From NCBI RefSeq assembly GCF_006345805.1, contig NC_042998.1:51584001-51648000 (forward strand): DNA of 64,000 nt. The letters are read 5' to 3'. The position numbers were made by a program, and so were the translations under genes. Origin of the DNA: Octopus sinensis (taxonomy: Eukaryota). This document shows positions 51,881 through 64,000 of the stretch, one piece after another. Position 1 is the stretch's first letter; each line of letters begins with the position of its first letter. The notes under the pieces were generated by a model that saw only the letters and a list, made by a program, of their open reading frames with translations, did no database searches and was not told the DNA's origin.

Positions 51881-52826
51881 CTGGAATAGATTCTTGTTCG
51901 TTTCGGCGAAAAAGATCTTCAGGAGGATGTTCAAAGTGTTTCCTTTACCTCCACCCACAAAGATTTAGAGGGTACGCTTGTACCCTGTCTTCCCGAGCCA
52001 ATGCTCGGGAAGACTAAATTACGCAGGCAATTTTCCACCCCTTGCTAGTTGCATAATCAGCAACCACAAACCTACAGTGTGTTCACGCTTGACTTCGTTT
52101 CCTCATAACTTTCAGAATAATGAATATTTTTGAAGGAAATTTTCTACAAGTACACTGGGGTACCTAATTTCAAGATTTTAGGACACGTAATCACAGAGAC
52201 ACCCTTGCTGGATTTATATATAGTGTGCTTATTAAGAATAGCAACCAAATTTCCTTTCAGCTCCTTCCATCTTCAAACGGGAGAAAACGTTGAATAACGC
52301 AGTCCAAGAGTTTTCCTCACTCTCTGCTTTCCTCTTCACTTTTCCCTCATTCTCACTTTCTCGCCTTCGTCTCTCTCCATATCTATCTATCCATCCATCC
52401 GGACGGACGGACGGACGCTAGTCAAATGGGCTCCACGTAAGTTGTCATTTTGTACGTTGAAAATTATTTATTGTGAAATATTTTGTGTTTAAAAGTTGTG
52501 CAACAACATCCACTGTAAACCTTTGATAAATATCTACACAAAATTTGCCCTTGTGGGCAAAATTTAAAAGAAAAAATTCTCATAGCCTTGTGGTTTCATT
52601 TAGCCATTTTATTTCCAAAATGGCCACTGGTCACCACGAGGCTGAGGTGCAAGTCAACCGTGACGCAGAGGCAGAAAAACAGGATGCTCTGTTACCTTAC
52701 GCTGAACCTGACAAACGCCACCATCAACATCGACAACAGCAACAAATACAAAACAAAGGTCGCAAGGCCAAGCACCGTCAACACCATCAGTGAGTCCACC
52801 ACCACCACCAACACCACAACAACACC

Positions 52827-52973
52827 ATGGCAGAATCTGCTACTAAAACTGCTATCCCTACTAAAGACGTCGCCACCAATAACAATACCAACATCACCAT
52901 CACCGCCACCAAAGACCGTGCCGTCAATGCTACTAATACTACTAACACCACCGCCGTCACCAAGAACGACAAT

Positions 52974-53041
<68 letters not shown>

Positions 53042-54807
53042 CGACGACGACGACGACAACAACAATTCCCTTCAACCACTGCTCACTCCATCACCAACAA
53101 GTGAAAAAATAACGACGACAAGCAAACGAAATGCCGAAATTTGCGCTAATGCAGGACTAAATTACGCAGGCAATTTTCCACCCCTTGCTAGTTGCATAAT
53201 CAGCAACCACAAACCTACAACCCACACCCCTGCCATCAACATCAACAGTAACAACAATAACAAAACAACAACAAACTTCGCCGAGGCGATAAAAGAAAAG
53301 GTAACAAAAGTTTCGTTTACTACACAACAGATTAAAGATTGCAGAAACCTTATTACAAATCAAAACGGAAAATACTCTTACACATACCTCAGCACATACT
53401 GAATGAGGAGAAAAAAGACAATTGTATATTAAATCACAAATAAAAAAAACAAAAAGTCCAGAAAAGGCAAGCACAGACAAAGTCGAAAAGTGCTTACGCC
53501 CCATCTGGGGATACAAGGATTGTGACTTGGGCGAACAAGTTCGCACACGTACAGGTGGTTTTTCAGAATGAAGAGTTGGCGAAGAAATTCTCAACGATAA
53601 CCTTCATTCTGATGAACTAACGTTGACACCGAGTTACCTCGGCCAGAAGGTGACGAAAGTCATTATCAGTGTGTCCCCCAAGTGACTACAACACTGTGGA
53701 TTACATCCGCCTTAACATCCGAAATGGAGGACATAAACATCCTAGATATCGGTGTTTCGGAAAACAAGGACTGGCTGGGAAAGAGAATAGAGTTCCTCTT
53801 CCACATAAGTCAAGAGGACATAAATAAAATCCCCACCACGTACATCTTGAGGATGGCCGCAAGTTATACGTAGTAGTCGAGGGCAGAGGCCACGATGCTA
53901 TACATGTGGCAGTGAGGCACACCTCAAAAAGGAGTGCAAATCTGCCGCAAAATTACAACAACAACAACAGCCACAGGAAAAATCACAAAAGCCAGGATTA
54001 TTGCCCACACCACAATATGGACAGCTAGTCAAGAAGCTGTATGCGGAAATGCAGGAAAAACAACAAAGAACAAACCAACCCAACCAAACAACACCAACAC
54101 CAGCGCCAAGAACAGAATCATCACCACCAACAACAAATAAACCAATTCCAACACCAAGAATAACAACGAAGAAGACAAGCACCAAGGATGTAGGAGAGAC
54201 AATAACCACAACAAACAAACCCCCAGCAACACCCTCCCCGCGCACCACAACAATATCTACAACCGCACAAACACACCCAGACGCTTTACCCTTGCCCCCT
54301 GCTGATTCGTCAGACTTTTCATCTAACGATGAAAGTTCGACAGAATGGCAAATAGCCACAGGGGGTAAAAGAAAAAGATCAAGAAAAACCAAACAAGAAA
54401 TCGCAACCAAAGCAGGGAGATACCTGAACCCTGAAAACTCCATACACAACAAAACAAGCACCAACACCACAAAAACAATGCTATCAGCGATAGACACAAA
54501 AGACTCCAAACTAATGGAGTACATCACAGGATACACAAACATTTGTGAAGATGACTTTAAAAATAGCAATCATCCACGCACTACACCACCCAAACACATC
54601 AAAATACTACACATCACACAAACACAACACCACAAACTCAAAGCCCTCTTCCCAAATGCTGTAGGGGGTTTCCAGAAATATCTGTCCCAAAAAACTATAG
54701 AAACCTCCTCGAAGACACATCAAAGAACGAGGAAGCCAAAACTTTCGACACAAGTAAGTAACTCTCTGTACTTTCATTTGTGTGTTTTAAAGCACACACC
54801 CCAATAG
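52827..54807 (+). CDS. Tx1-like ORF1 (poly-Asn/Thr N-terminus, RRM-like region, CCHC knuckle), frameshifted
   Basis: VVEGR/RPRCYTCGSEAHLKKEC (C-X2-C-X4-H-X4-C) near 53890-53940 reads in frame into track ORF 54001-54807; the stop lies 4 nt before the ORF2 ATG. Confidence 0.75.
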
Positions 54808-54811
54808 AATC

Positions 54812-57800
54812 ATGGTCAAGATTGGTTGTGTGAATGCGCGTGGCTTGGGGTCTCCTTGGAAACAAGGATACCTCCTAAATGACATCAAGTCACATGATTT
54901 GGGAATCATAGCCATAAGTGAGACCAGACTCCACGAGCCACGGGCCTAAAGTCCATGTTTGGCGGACAGTTTAACATTTATTTCGCTCCCTGTCTGCCGA
55001 GGATGGGCGGTAGTGGCACCGCGGTACTTTTTCACAAGAGCCTGGATCTCGAAGTCAAGACGATATTCGTAGACCCGGAGGGTAGACTGATCGTTCTGGA
55101 TGTTGACGGCAGCAATGGGTGCGCTTTTCGACTCGTATCAGTCTACGCACCGCCCTTAACAGGTCGGGCGGATTTCTTTCGACGTCTAGAAGTATTCTTG
55201 GGAACGTCTCGTCCTTTACTCTTAGTGGGGGATTGGAATGCTACCTTGGACACGCATGTAGACTACGTGGGTAGAGACAGAAACAGAAGGGGATGCAAAT
55301 GCCTCAGAGACCTGAGACGATTCCAACTGTCTGACAGGTACCGACTCGACCACCCAAATGCACCAACGTGGACATGGAGCAACCGCAGTGGGTCGTCGAG
55401 ATCGTATCTAGATAGGATACTGTGTAGGACAGTAGACAAGGATAACTTAGGATGTCCACAATTCCACACAGTCAGCTACACGGATCACAAATTGGTGACG
55501 TGTACGCTAGACTTAGATAAGGCACATAGACAGGGTCCTGGGTACTGGAAACTGAACGCATCATTCCCGTCCAGACAAGTTTTCAGAGACCGGATTAGCA
55601 CACTAGTAAAGAGGGCTTTGACGGGAGCCATCATCAACAACAAATGGTGGTTTGCCCTCAAGAGAGCAGTAAAAGCAGAAGCGATTAGGTACAGCAAAGC
55701 ACTAGCCATAGATAGAAATAGAGTAGAGGGTGAGCTAGTTAAGAAGCTAGAAGAGGCAATTAGAAGCGGCATCGCATCCGACGTTTTGGCGGCGAGGTTG
55801 GCCCTCGACCAACACTTCAACGCCAAACACGAAGGATGTGCTGTCAGAGCTAGGATGCGTGCTCTAAGGAACGAAGGTGTTGGAGCCGCGAGAGAGGCCG
55901 GGTGGCAGAGGCGCAACAGGGCAACAAAGCCACCATTCGGTCACTGGTAGATGAACAGGGGCGCGAATTGCTCGAGCCAAGTAAAATGTGTGAGGCCTTT
56001 CAGCAGCATTTTGCCCGACTGTTCGGGACGAGTGGAGGGCAAGAACGTAGGGTAGACTTCAGTGCCTACCTACATAGCCTGCCACGACTCTCGACAAGAA
56101 AGGCAGGGTGCTGCGAAGGTGCCATCACGGCGGCGGAAGTGCGGAAGCGATGGCAGAATGCTCGAGGGACAAATCACCGGGTTTGGATGGTCTACCCTAC
56201 GAATTTTACTATTGTATGCCAGACTTGTTTGGAGACGTCTTGGCAGCGGTATACTGCAACTGGCAGCAAAACGGGAGCATACCCGGTTTTGTGAGTCGAG
56301 GAGCTGTAACTCTGCTGAAGAAAGATCCAAACAAGGGAACATTATAGATAACTTTAGGCCAATCACTCTGCTCAATGCAGACCTGAAAATTTTGACAAAG
56401 GTGTTAGCCAAGAGGTGGCGCTTGTCATGGAGAAACTGGTCGACAACGCACAAACGTGCGCCGTGCCGGGCCGGAGCATCCATGACAACCTCCATCTGAT
56501 GCGCTACATCATAGACAGGGTAGTTAACGAAACTGGCATGGGTGGGGCCCTGATCAACTTGGATCAATCGAAAGCCTTTGATAGGGTAGACCATCGATAC
56601 TTGGAGGCAGTCCTGAGAGCGGCTGGTTTCGGTCCCGTCTTCCGCGGCTGGATAGCTGCCTTGTACAGAGGCATCCGTTCGGTAATTCGCGTAAATGGAC
56701 ATCTATCGAGACCCTTCGACATTGCACGTTCGGTCCGTCAGGGATGCCCCCTCTCGGCGCTTCTATACGTATTGACTCTTGAGCCACTACTGCGGAAGCT
56801 GGCGACTCTGAGGGGCATCCCGCGAGAATTAGGATGCGGGACGAGCGTGTCTGCATACGCGGACGACGTCACCGTCATAGTGTCAAGCCACGAGCACATC
56901 GAGCGGGTCGGCGAGACACTGAAAGACTACGAAGCGGTGACAGGAGCAAAAATCAACCGGGAAAAGTCAGTGGGCTTGCGGCTCGGCACCTGGAGAAGCA
57001 AACCCATGCCGTCCACCAGTACCTCCGTCGGGACGCTGGACAGACGGCCGGTTGAGTTGCTCGGGGTCTGGTTCGGTCCGGACCTCCAAATGGAGAAGAA
57101 CTGGAACGAGATAACGAGTAGGGTGGTCACTCTCGCCCAGCAATGGGCCGAGAGGAAACTGTCCCTAAAAGGTCGGGCGGAGGTGGTGAACGCGTACATC
57201 GCGTCCATCATCTACTACCGCCTGACCGTCGTACCTTGTCCCGACCCTACCATCACCAAACTAGAACGCATCCTCTTCCGCTTCTTGTGGAAAGGATGCG
57301 TCCCGATGGTCAGGCGATCCATTTGCTGTCAACACCCGTTAAAAGGAGGGCTGGGCATGCCGTGGTTGATGATGCGCAGACACGCGCTGAGACTGCGACA
57401 TCTCCGGCTCTATGTAGACGACGGTGAACAGGTGTGGTCGCCGTTTGTGAGGCACGCATTCCGCAACTCGTCTCCATGACCGAACTACAGTCGTGGATCA
57501 AAAAGAGGCCGAAGAAGGGCGAATGGCACCGCGAGTGTCGCGTTGCTCTCAAGCAACTCTGCCGTCCCGGGTCGACCTTGAGTGACTTCAACAAAAACAA
57601 AGCATTCTATAGGGGATTAGTGGAGGGGAGGTACGACGACGAGCTCGGGGCAAACCTGGGCGTCGACGAGGAATACCTGACCCGCCTGTTTCAAACGACT
57701 TTCGGCCCGGGACCTATGGACAACTTCCAGAGATCCCTGGCCTGGCGGTGCTACCGAGAAGCGCTACCCGTTCGGGATAAGCTCTATAGGCATGGCTCGA

Positions 57801-58234
57801 GAAACACGGGGCCGACCTGCCCGAGATGCGGGCAGAGCGACGAAACCGCTCTGCACGCAATCGTGCAGTGTCCAGCAATTTCCCACCTGTGGGCTTATGT
57901 CGAACGACTGCTGTCACGTGTGGGACGTGTCGGTTTATCAGCCGAGTCTATCGTTAATATCGTCACGCCTCCTTCCTTCAAACGGGAAGGAAGAGCTATT
58001 TTTATCATACTTGTGGCTATGGCGAAAGAATGTATCTGGTGGACGCGTCTGAAAGGATTAGAGACAAACACTTCCTCTCTGGTCAATCTCTCATCAACTT
58101 CTTCAAGTATCACTTGAAGAAAAGTGAGAGTAGAGAGGCAAGTTTTGTCTAGTGAATGTTTTAAAAAAAGATGGGTGAATGTAGCAAGGATGGCACGTAT
58201 GAATGACGAAGCCACCTTGACTATGATTCTATGA
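54812..58234 (+). CDS. Tx1/L1-clade ORF2 (APE endonuclease, RT, C-terminal zinc finger), frameshifted in this sequence
   Basis: MVKIGCVNARGL, ISETR, VGDWNA, SYLDRI, TDH, YWKLN; SPGLDG, FRPITLLNAD, LDQSKAFDRV, VRQGCPLS, AYADD; CPRC...ETALHAIVQC. Confidence 0.92.
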
Positions 58235-58665
58235 ACCGTAAAAATTAATACAGAGAGTTGCTTATTTGCAAAAAAAAAAAAAAAAAAGAAATATAACATG
58301 TGACTTCATTGACCGAGGTTACCGTGGTCTTTCCGTAGGCTTTTCTTTCCACGGGTAAACCTCACCTGTCCCCCCCTTTACACTCATATTGACATTTCTG
58401 TGATAACGATCCCTATTGATCAATTTTTTCCTCTCCCCCTTTTTTTTTTAACCCCCCTTTTTTTTTGTCCTTTCTCTCCTTTTACGATCCCTTTTGATCG
58501 ACCCCCCCTTTTTTATTTTATTTTATTTCATTTTATTTTTTCTTATTTTTGATTTATTTATTTATTTTTTTTAATTTTTTTTTTTACCTTCAAAAGAAAA
58601 GCTCTACCTTGTAATTTGTTCTATCTGTGTGCAGCCCTGTGTGGCTAATAAAGAAACATATTATC

Positions 58666-58744
<79 letters not shown>

Positions 58745-59639
58745 CTTCCTCTATGTCCTCCCCCATATCATGGGTTGATCTCAGCTTGAATGCCGTTGGA
58801 ACAACAAAACCAGCAGCTGTGGTCGGTTTATCTCAAACTGTCTACATTACCTAATATGTCGTTCATTTTGAATTGAAATTCCACCGAGATTGACTCTACC
58901 TTTCGTCCTTTTGAGGTCGATACCAGTCAATCAATTTCCTCCTCTCCTCGAAAACTGCTGGCCCTGTGGCAAAATTTTAAACCATCATTTTTTTTAAAAC
59001 GTGTGTGTTTGTGTGTATATACATGAGGAATTTGGCTGCTATTTCTAGCAGATCAAGTAATCCCGTAGTTGCTCCTTCGTCGTTGTTCTCAACTATATGA
59101 GTTAAAAAGAGTGTAGGAGGTAGTCTAAAACAAAACAACATTATGAAATGACACCATTATAGAAAGATAAGCTCAAAAACAGAAGCAAATAAGGTGCAGT
59201 TTAAGTGTCTCAGGAACTTCCCTCTCAACGCAATGAATGAACAAGCGTATCATCGAGATATAGTGATGTCAAAACAATTGAAGGTGTGGTGAAAGTTGTG
59301 GTTAAATGACTAATGTTCAACAAAGTTATTCAGGTTATCTCCCTTCTTGACCAACTCTCCTATTTCGTTACCAGTTCGCCAATAGGTTACTCTAGTTTTT
59401 CTCAACTGGGGTTCCCCAGTGACCTAAGGGTTCCATGAAAAATAGTGGTAAATAGATTAAGGAAATCTGGGGGATAGAAATGTTTGTTCCCACCCAATTT
59501 TTATATTTTATGTAATATAGTTTTTACAAAAGAAAGACAAAAGAAAAAAAAAAGCAGAAAAATGGAGGGAAAAGAGAAAAAGAGAAGAAAGAAAATAACA
59601 TCAATGACACACCAGGTGTTTCAATTGGTCACACACCAC

Positions 59640-60035
59640 AAAGTTCAATGGAACCTACCTAAGCAAGTCAGCAAGACCACAGCATTGCTATGGGCAATGG
59701 CAAGGCTAAGGTGTTGGAAAAGCCAAGCACCATCACGGGTATCACCTGGCACCTCGGTGAGACAAGCTGCCAACGATGACAAGAACTTCATGGTTAGTGG
59801 CCCAGTCCCTTCAGACATCTCAAATGCCACAGGCTGGAAGAAATTGTTCACTGTCAGGTCCTGATACTTCAGGACCTTCCCATTTACAACAGCATCCAGG
59901 ATGTAGGAAGGAGCAAAAGATTCACAGACTGTAATGTCCTGGATGAGGCACCTACCTCTAACCCAGGGACAGAGGGTAAGACCATCTGGTCTCTTTCCAT
60001 CACTTCTGGATAATCCCACTGGCTCCAGAACTGAG
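59640..60035 (-). pseudogene. 3' fragment of a CRE-clade non-LTR retrotransposon (restriction-like endonuclease)
   Basis: GLSRSDGKRPDGLTL.PW..GRCLIQDITV...KY..L...FQPVAFE...GD.R...FQHLSLAIAHSNA matches the CRE RLE signature (RPDG...DVTV...KY...QRLS.AIQRGNA). Confidence 0.8.
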
Positions 60036-61659
60036 GAGATATCAATAGACTAAATATATACAAATACATTTTGAGTAATTTTCATGTTACATTCTACATT
60101 CGTGATTTTACACTGCATGCACTATTTGAAATACTAGCATCTGTCAATAGTAAGGAGAAAAAAGGAAGGAAAAATGACCCCTTGATCGAGAATTGTAGAG
60201 GAATTTGGTAAAAATAAACTCTTCATTAAAGTTTTCTTTTGTAATGTTTGGTAGAGTTAACAATGCCAGACCTTAGAGACAATTTTATGATTCGTTTGAT
60301 CATCATCATTATCAGCTGTAGCAGTATTTATCATCCAATTTTCCATCGGTCAAACGGAATTTGACGAAGCAGATTTTCTATGACCAGTTGCTCTTCCTGT
60401 TGCTAACCTAATCTGTTTCCAAATGAAGTAATATATCCCATAGCCATACATACTTTTCATGTAAGAATGGAAACAATCAACACACATTCTCATTAATAAA
60501 CATTACATAATGTCGAGATAAGGTCATATACACACCAAACACACACACACACATATCATCATCATCATCATCCTCATTTAACATCTGTTTTCCATGCTGG
60601 GTTGGATGGTTTGACAGAAGCAGGCAAGCCAAAGGACTGCACCAGGCTTTACTGTCTATTTTGATATAGTTTTTGCAGCTGGACACCCTTCCTAATCCCA
60701 ACCACTTTACAGAGTGTCCTGGGTGCTTTTTACATGACACCAGCACTAGTGAGGTCTGCTTTGGTATGGTTTTTACAGCTGGATGCCCTTCCAAATTCCA
60801 CAACGGGCTTCTTTGAGTTTTCACCCAGAACAGTTGATTGGCAGAAATGTTAGCACATCAATCAAGATGCTTTGTAGTTTCTGTTCTGGCTCTTTGCATT
60901 CTGAGTTCAAATTTTATCTGGTTGTTAAGAGCCAGGGCAAGTACTCTACCCATAGATGCACCGTATCCAATTTGCAGTTAGCCAAGGTGGACATATATAC
61001 TTACAACCAGCGGAGCTAAGGCAGCAATGGTATTCTTAGGCATTTCTTTGGCAGAAAATCATCAGTGGCAGAATGAGAGAAAAAAAATACATGTCAAGGA
61101 TCAGATTTGAGGGAGATATGACCACTATTTCTCACAGGTCAAGTAGTCAAAAGGGGCTATTACATTAGATCAAGTCCTGTTTTTGAGTGACATTTTTGTT
61201 GCTAACATAACCATTTGAACACAGAAAATGGATATCATATGATCATGTGATCAACCAGTCTGTCAGATATTGTTATTTATTACATACATGTGAGTGAGAA
61301 CACTTTGAGATATTTTTGGTATCTAACATATGTCAGATACTGCAAGCGCTGCTTCAGATTGGTCAATCCATGGTGATGACCTGAGGTCACGGTGACAGCG
61401 CTGCTTCTGATTTGTCAATTCATGGTGATGACCCGAGGTCACGGTGACGGCACTACTTTTGTCATTCATAAGTTACAACTAAACGTGAAGAATTTAGTTA
61501 TTGGATTAATAAAATATGGTCGTTTATTCGTGTGTAATAAATAAAATACCAAACTCATTCCCTATGGATACCGTATTTATTACAACTCGTGGCTTGTAAA
61601 CGTATCTAATAAATATGGTATCCATAGGGAACTCGTTTGGTATTCTCTATATATTGCTG

Positions 61660-61865
61660 GTCACAATGTGCTTTGCATCGTTTTGACCATCAAATGACAC
61701 CACCCTGCTGGCTAGGTGAGCAGGCCCACATTACCCACCTAATTGAAAGGAGAACTGGAGCAATGTGAAATGAAGTGTTATGCTCAAGAATACAATGTGC
61801 TGCCTGGTCTGGGAATCGAACCTATGTTGTAAGTGCAACAGCCTAACCACTAGGCCACGTGCCTA
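61660..61865 (-). mobile_element. Old tRNA-derived SINE (CORE-like box)
   Basis: Minus-strand head GGCCTAGTGGTTAGG...GGTTCGATTCCC; AAGTGTTATGCTCAAGAATACAA box. Confidence 0.6.
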
Positions 61866-62029
61866 GTGGATATATCCACTCAAAATTTTGTTACTGTTAA
61901 CTGGATGAAACAAGTAAAAGAATAAAAGAATAAACCTTACAGAGTAAAATTGTTGTCTTTTATTTGTTTCTTTTTTATATTTAAATTTTTTTTATCTTAC
62001 TTATACTTCTGTCTGACTGTCTCTCTTAC

Positions 62030-62309
62030 ATGCACACTATATTTCTCTCACACACTCTCCCTCTCTTTCACACACATACACACACACACACACACCCTCT
62101 CTCTCTCACATATACACATACACACTCTCTCTCTCACATACATGCACACACACACACATACACTCTCACACACACACTCTCTCTCTTTCACCCTCCTTTC
62201 TCTCACACATACACACTCTTTCTCACACAACACACACACACACACACACTCTCTTTCATATACACACACCCTCTCTCTCACACACATGCACACACTCTCT
62301 CTCACACAT

Positions 62310-62344
<35 letters not shown>

Positions 62345-62575
62345 AACACATTCTCTTTCATATACACACACCTTCTCTCTCTCACACACACTCTTTCTCT
62401 CACACACACACACTCTCTCTTACATACACCCTCTTTCATACAGACATCCTCTCTCTTTCTCTCACACACACATGCATGCACACAAACACTCTCTCATACG
62501 CATACACACACACACACTCTCTCTCTCTCTCCACACATACACCTCTCTCTCTCTCCTCTTCTCTCTCTACCTCTC
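62030..62575. repeat. Compound (CA)n/(CT)n microsatellite
   Basis: Direct reading; it accounts for the H/T/L/S-rich pseudo-ORFs. Confidence 0.95.
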
Positions 62576-63625
62576 TTGATGGAATTTCATAGAAATTTTG
62601 CAAGTGGAAGGTGTTGACCATCAGAAAGCAACTACTGAGGAAAACACAGAAACCTAAAATCTGTAATCGTCCACAATTAAAAACCTCACAGACCCCCACA
62701 TATTATGTATCTAGAAGTGAAAGAAATGAGAAATGCAGTATCCATGTCTCCCTTTTTTCTCCCATACACACAGGCATACACATGCATGAGCATGCACACA
62801 CACACACATGCACATGCTCACAGATATATGCCCTATGTAAGTGAAATAAGATGCCTACAAGCTAGCAAATTTGATTCATAGGAAGTGGAAATGATAACAT
62901 GCAGAACTATTTCAAATCTAAGTGTAAGACAATAATTTGTGGAAAAAGGAAAAGATTAAAAAGAAAAGAATATTTTTGATTAAACTATAAAAAGGAACAA
63001 CAATAAAAGCCACAATATCAAGAATACTGGAAATGTTCCAGATTTTCAAATGTCCAGAAGCAGTAATTAATGAGTCGGTAGATAATATTTTAAAGACTGC
63101 AAAATATGTAAGATATGTGAAGTGTAGGAGTAACATGTGAATATGAAATGGGAATGGAATAAAAATAATTCTGAAACAACTCAATGTTATTTTTGTAAGC
63201 TAACAGTGAACAGGTTCTCCGTCAGTTTTGATGGTGATCATTCATCAACATCATCATTTAATTTCTATTGTCCATTCTGGTCTGAGCTGGTAAGCTGGGG
63301 ATCTGCACCAGGCTCCAGTCTGATAGGATTTCATGCATCTAATAGTGTTGCATCAGTCTGTGCAGTTTGCATTGCATCAGGTACTGCAAAAAGAAGGGGA
63401 TGTCCTGCTAGATATACTGAGTTGCCCTAGGCATGTTGTTCTATTGTCTTCTTTAAGCTTCCAGACAACATAACCATCCATAGTCTTTTATTTTTTTGTA
63501 TGCAGAGACCAATATTGCGATGAGGAATCAGTTTCTGACTGAAGAACGAAGGCTTTGAATGACCCGTTATTTTTTATGTTCGTCCCTTCGTGTATTTCAC
63601 ATTATTTATTTATGTAAAGGTTTAT

Positions 63626-63658
<33 letters not shown>

Positions 63659-64000
63659 ACAAATAAGAAAATGGAGGAACAAATTCATTTCGATCATCAA
63701 CTTACGGATATTACAATTTCATATTATTTATTAATTATACAAATAGAAACATGAAATACCTTCACCCATTCAATACAATAAATTAATTAATTGCATCGCA
63801 ATTATAAGCATTTATGTATTTAGTATTTGGGTACTTTACCAGCAGTATATTGGATAACTGATATCCCATAGTGGTTTACCCTCATAACTCCTATCTTACT
63901 TTGTACTATATATATATGTGTGTGTGTGTGTGTGTACATATATATATATATACTATAATATATATATACACAATGTATATATACATTAATATCAATCAGT

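Larger units (their letters stand above)
52550..58665 (+). mobile_element. Apparently full-length Tx1/L1-clade LINE
   Basis: ORF1 with a zinc knuckle, ORF2 APE-RT-CCHC, pyrimidine-rich 3' UTR, AATAAA near 58647 followed by (TCTA)n; the 5' boundary is approximate. Confidence 0.9.

Overview
AT-rich eukaryotic DNA packed with repeats. It is most likely from an Octopus genome; this is inferred from the tRNA-derived SINE families and the very high density of (TA)n, (TATG)n and (GATA)n microsatellites. No host protein-coding gene can be supported with confidence. The window holds two apparently full-length LINEs: a CR1-group element (39833-43789, minus) and a Tx1/L1-clade element (about 52550-58665, plus). 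Their frameshifts are nearly all single-base losses in homopolymer runs. Also present are a decayed Penelope-like element (PLE) split by a SINE and by the CR1, fragments of RTE, CRE, mariner, Tc1 and Tigger/pogo elements, non-autonomous Helitrons, hAT MITEs with 8-bp target site duplications (TSDs), a family of terminal-inverted-repeat (TIR) elements ending in GGAT(C), and many SINEs. The most interesting signals are four. (1) A tRNA-headed SINE with a hammerhead-ribozyme-like motif of the minimal PLE type. (2) A recurring class of fold-back islands embedded in (TA)n, probably PLE terminal-repeat remnants. (3) A TIR element flanked by a 68-bp direct duplication. (4) Two possibly intact LINEs abutting microsatellites. 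Most short ORFs in the supplied track are translated microsatellites.
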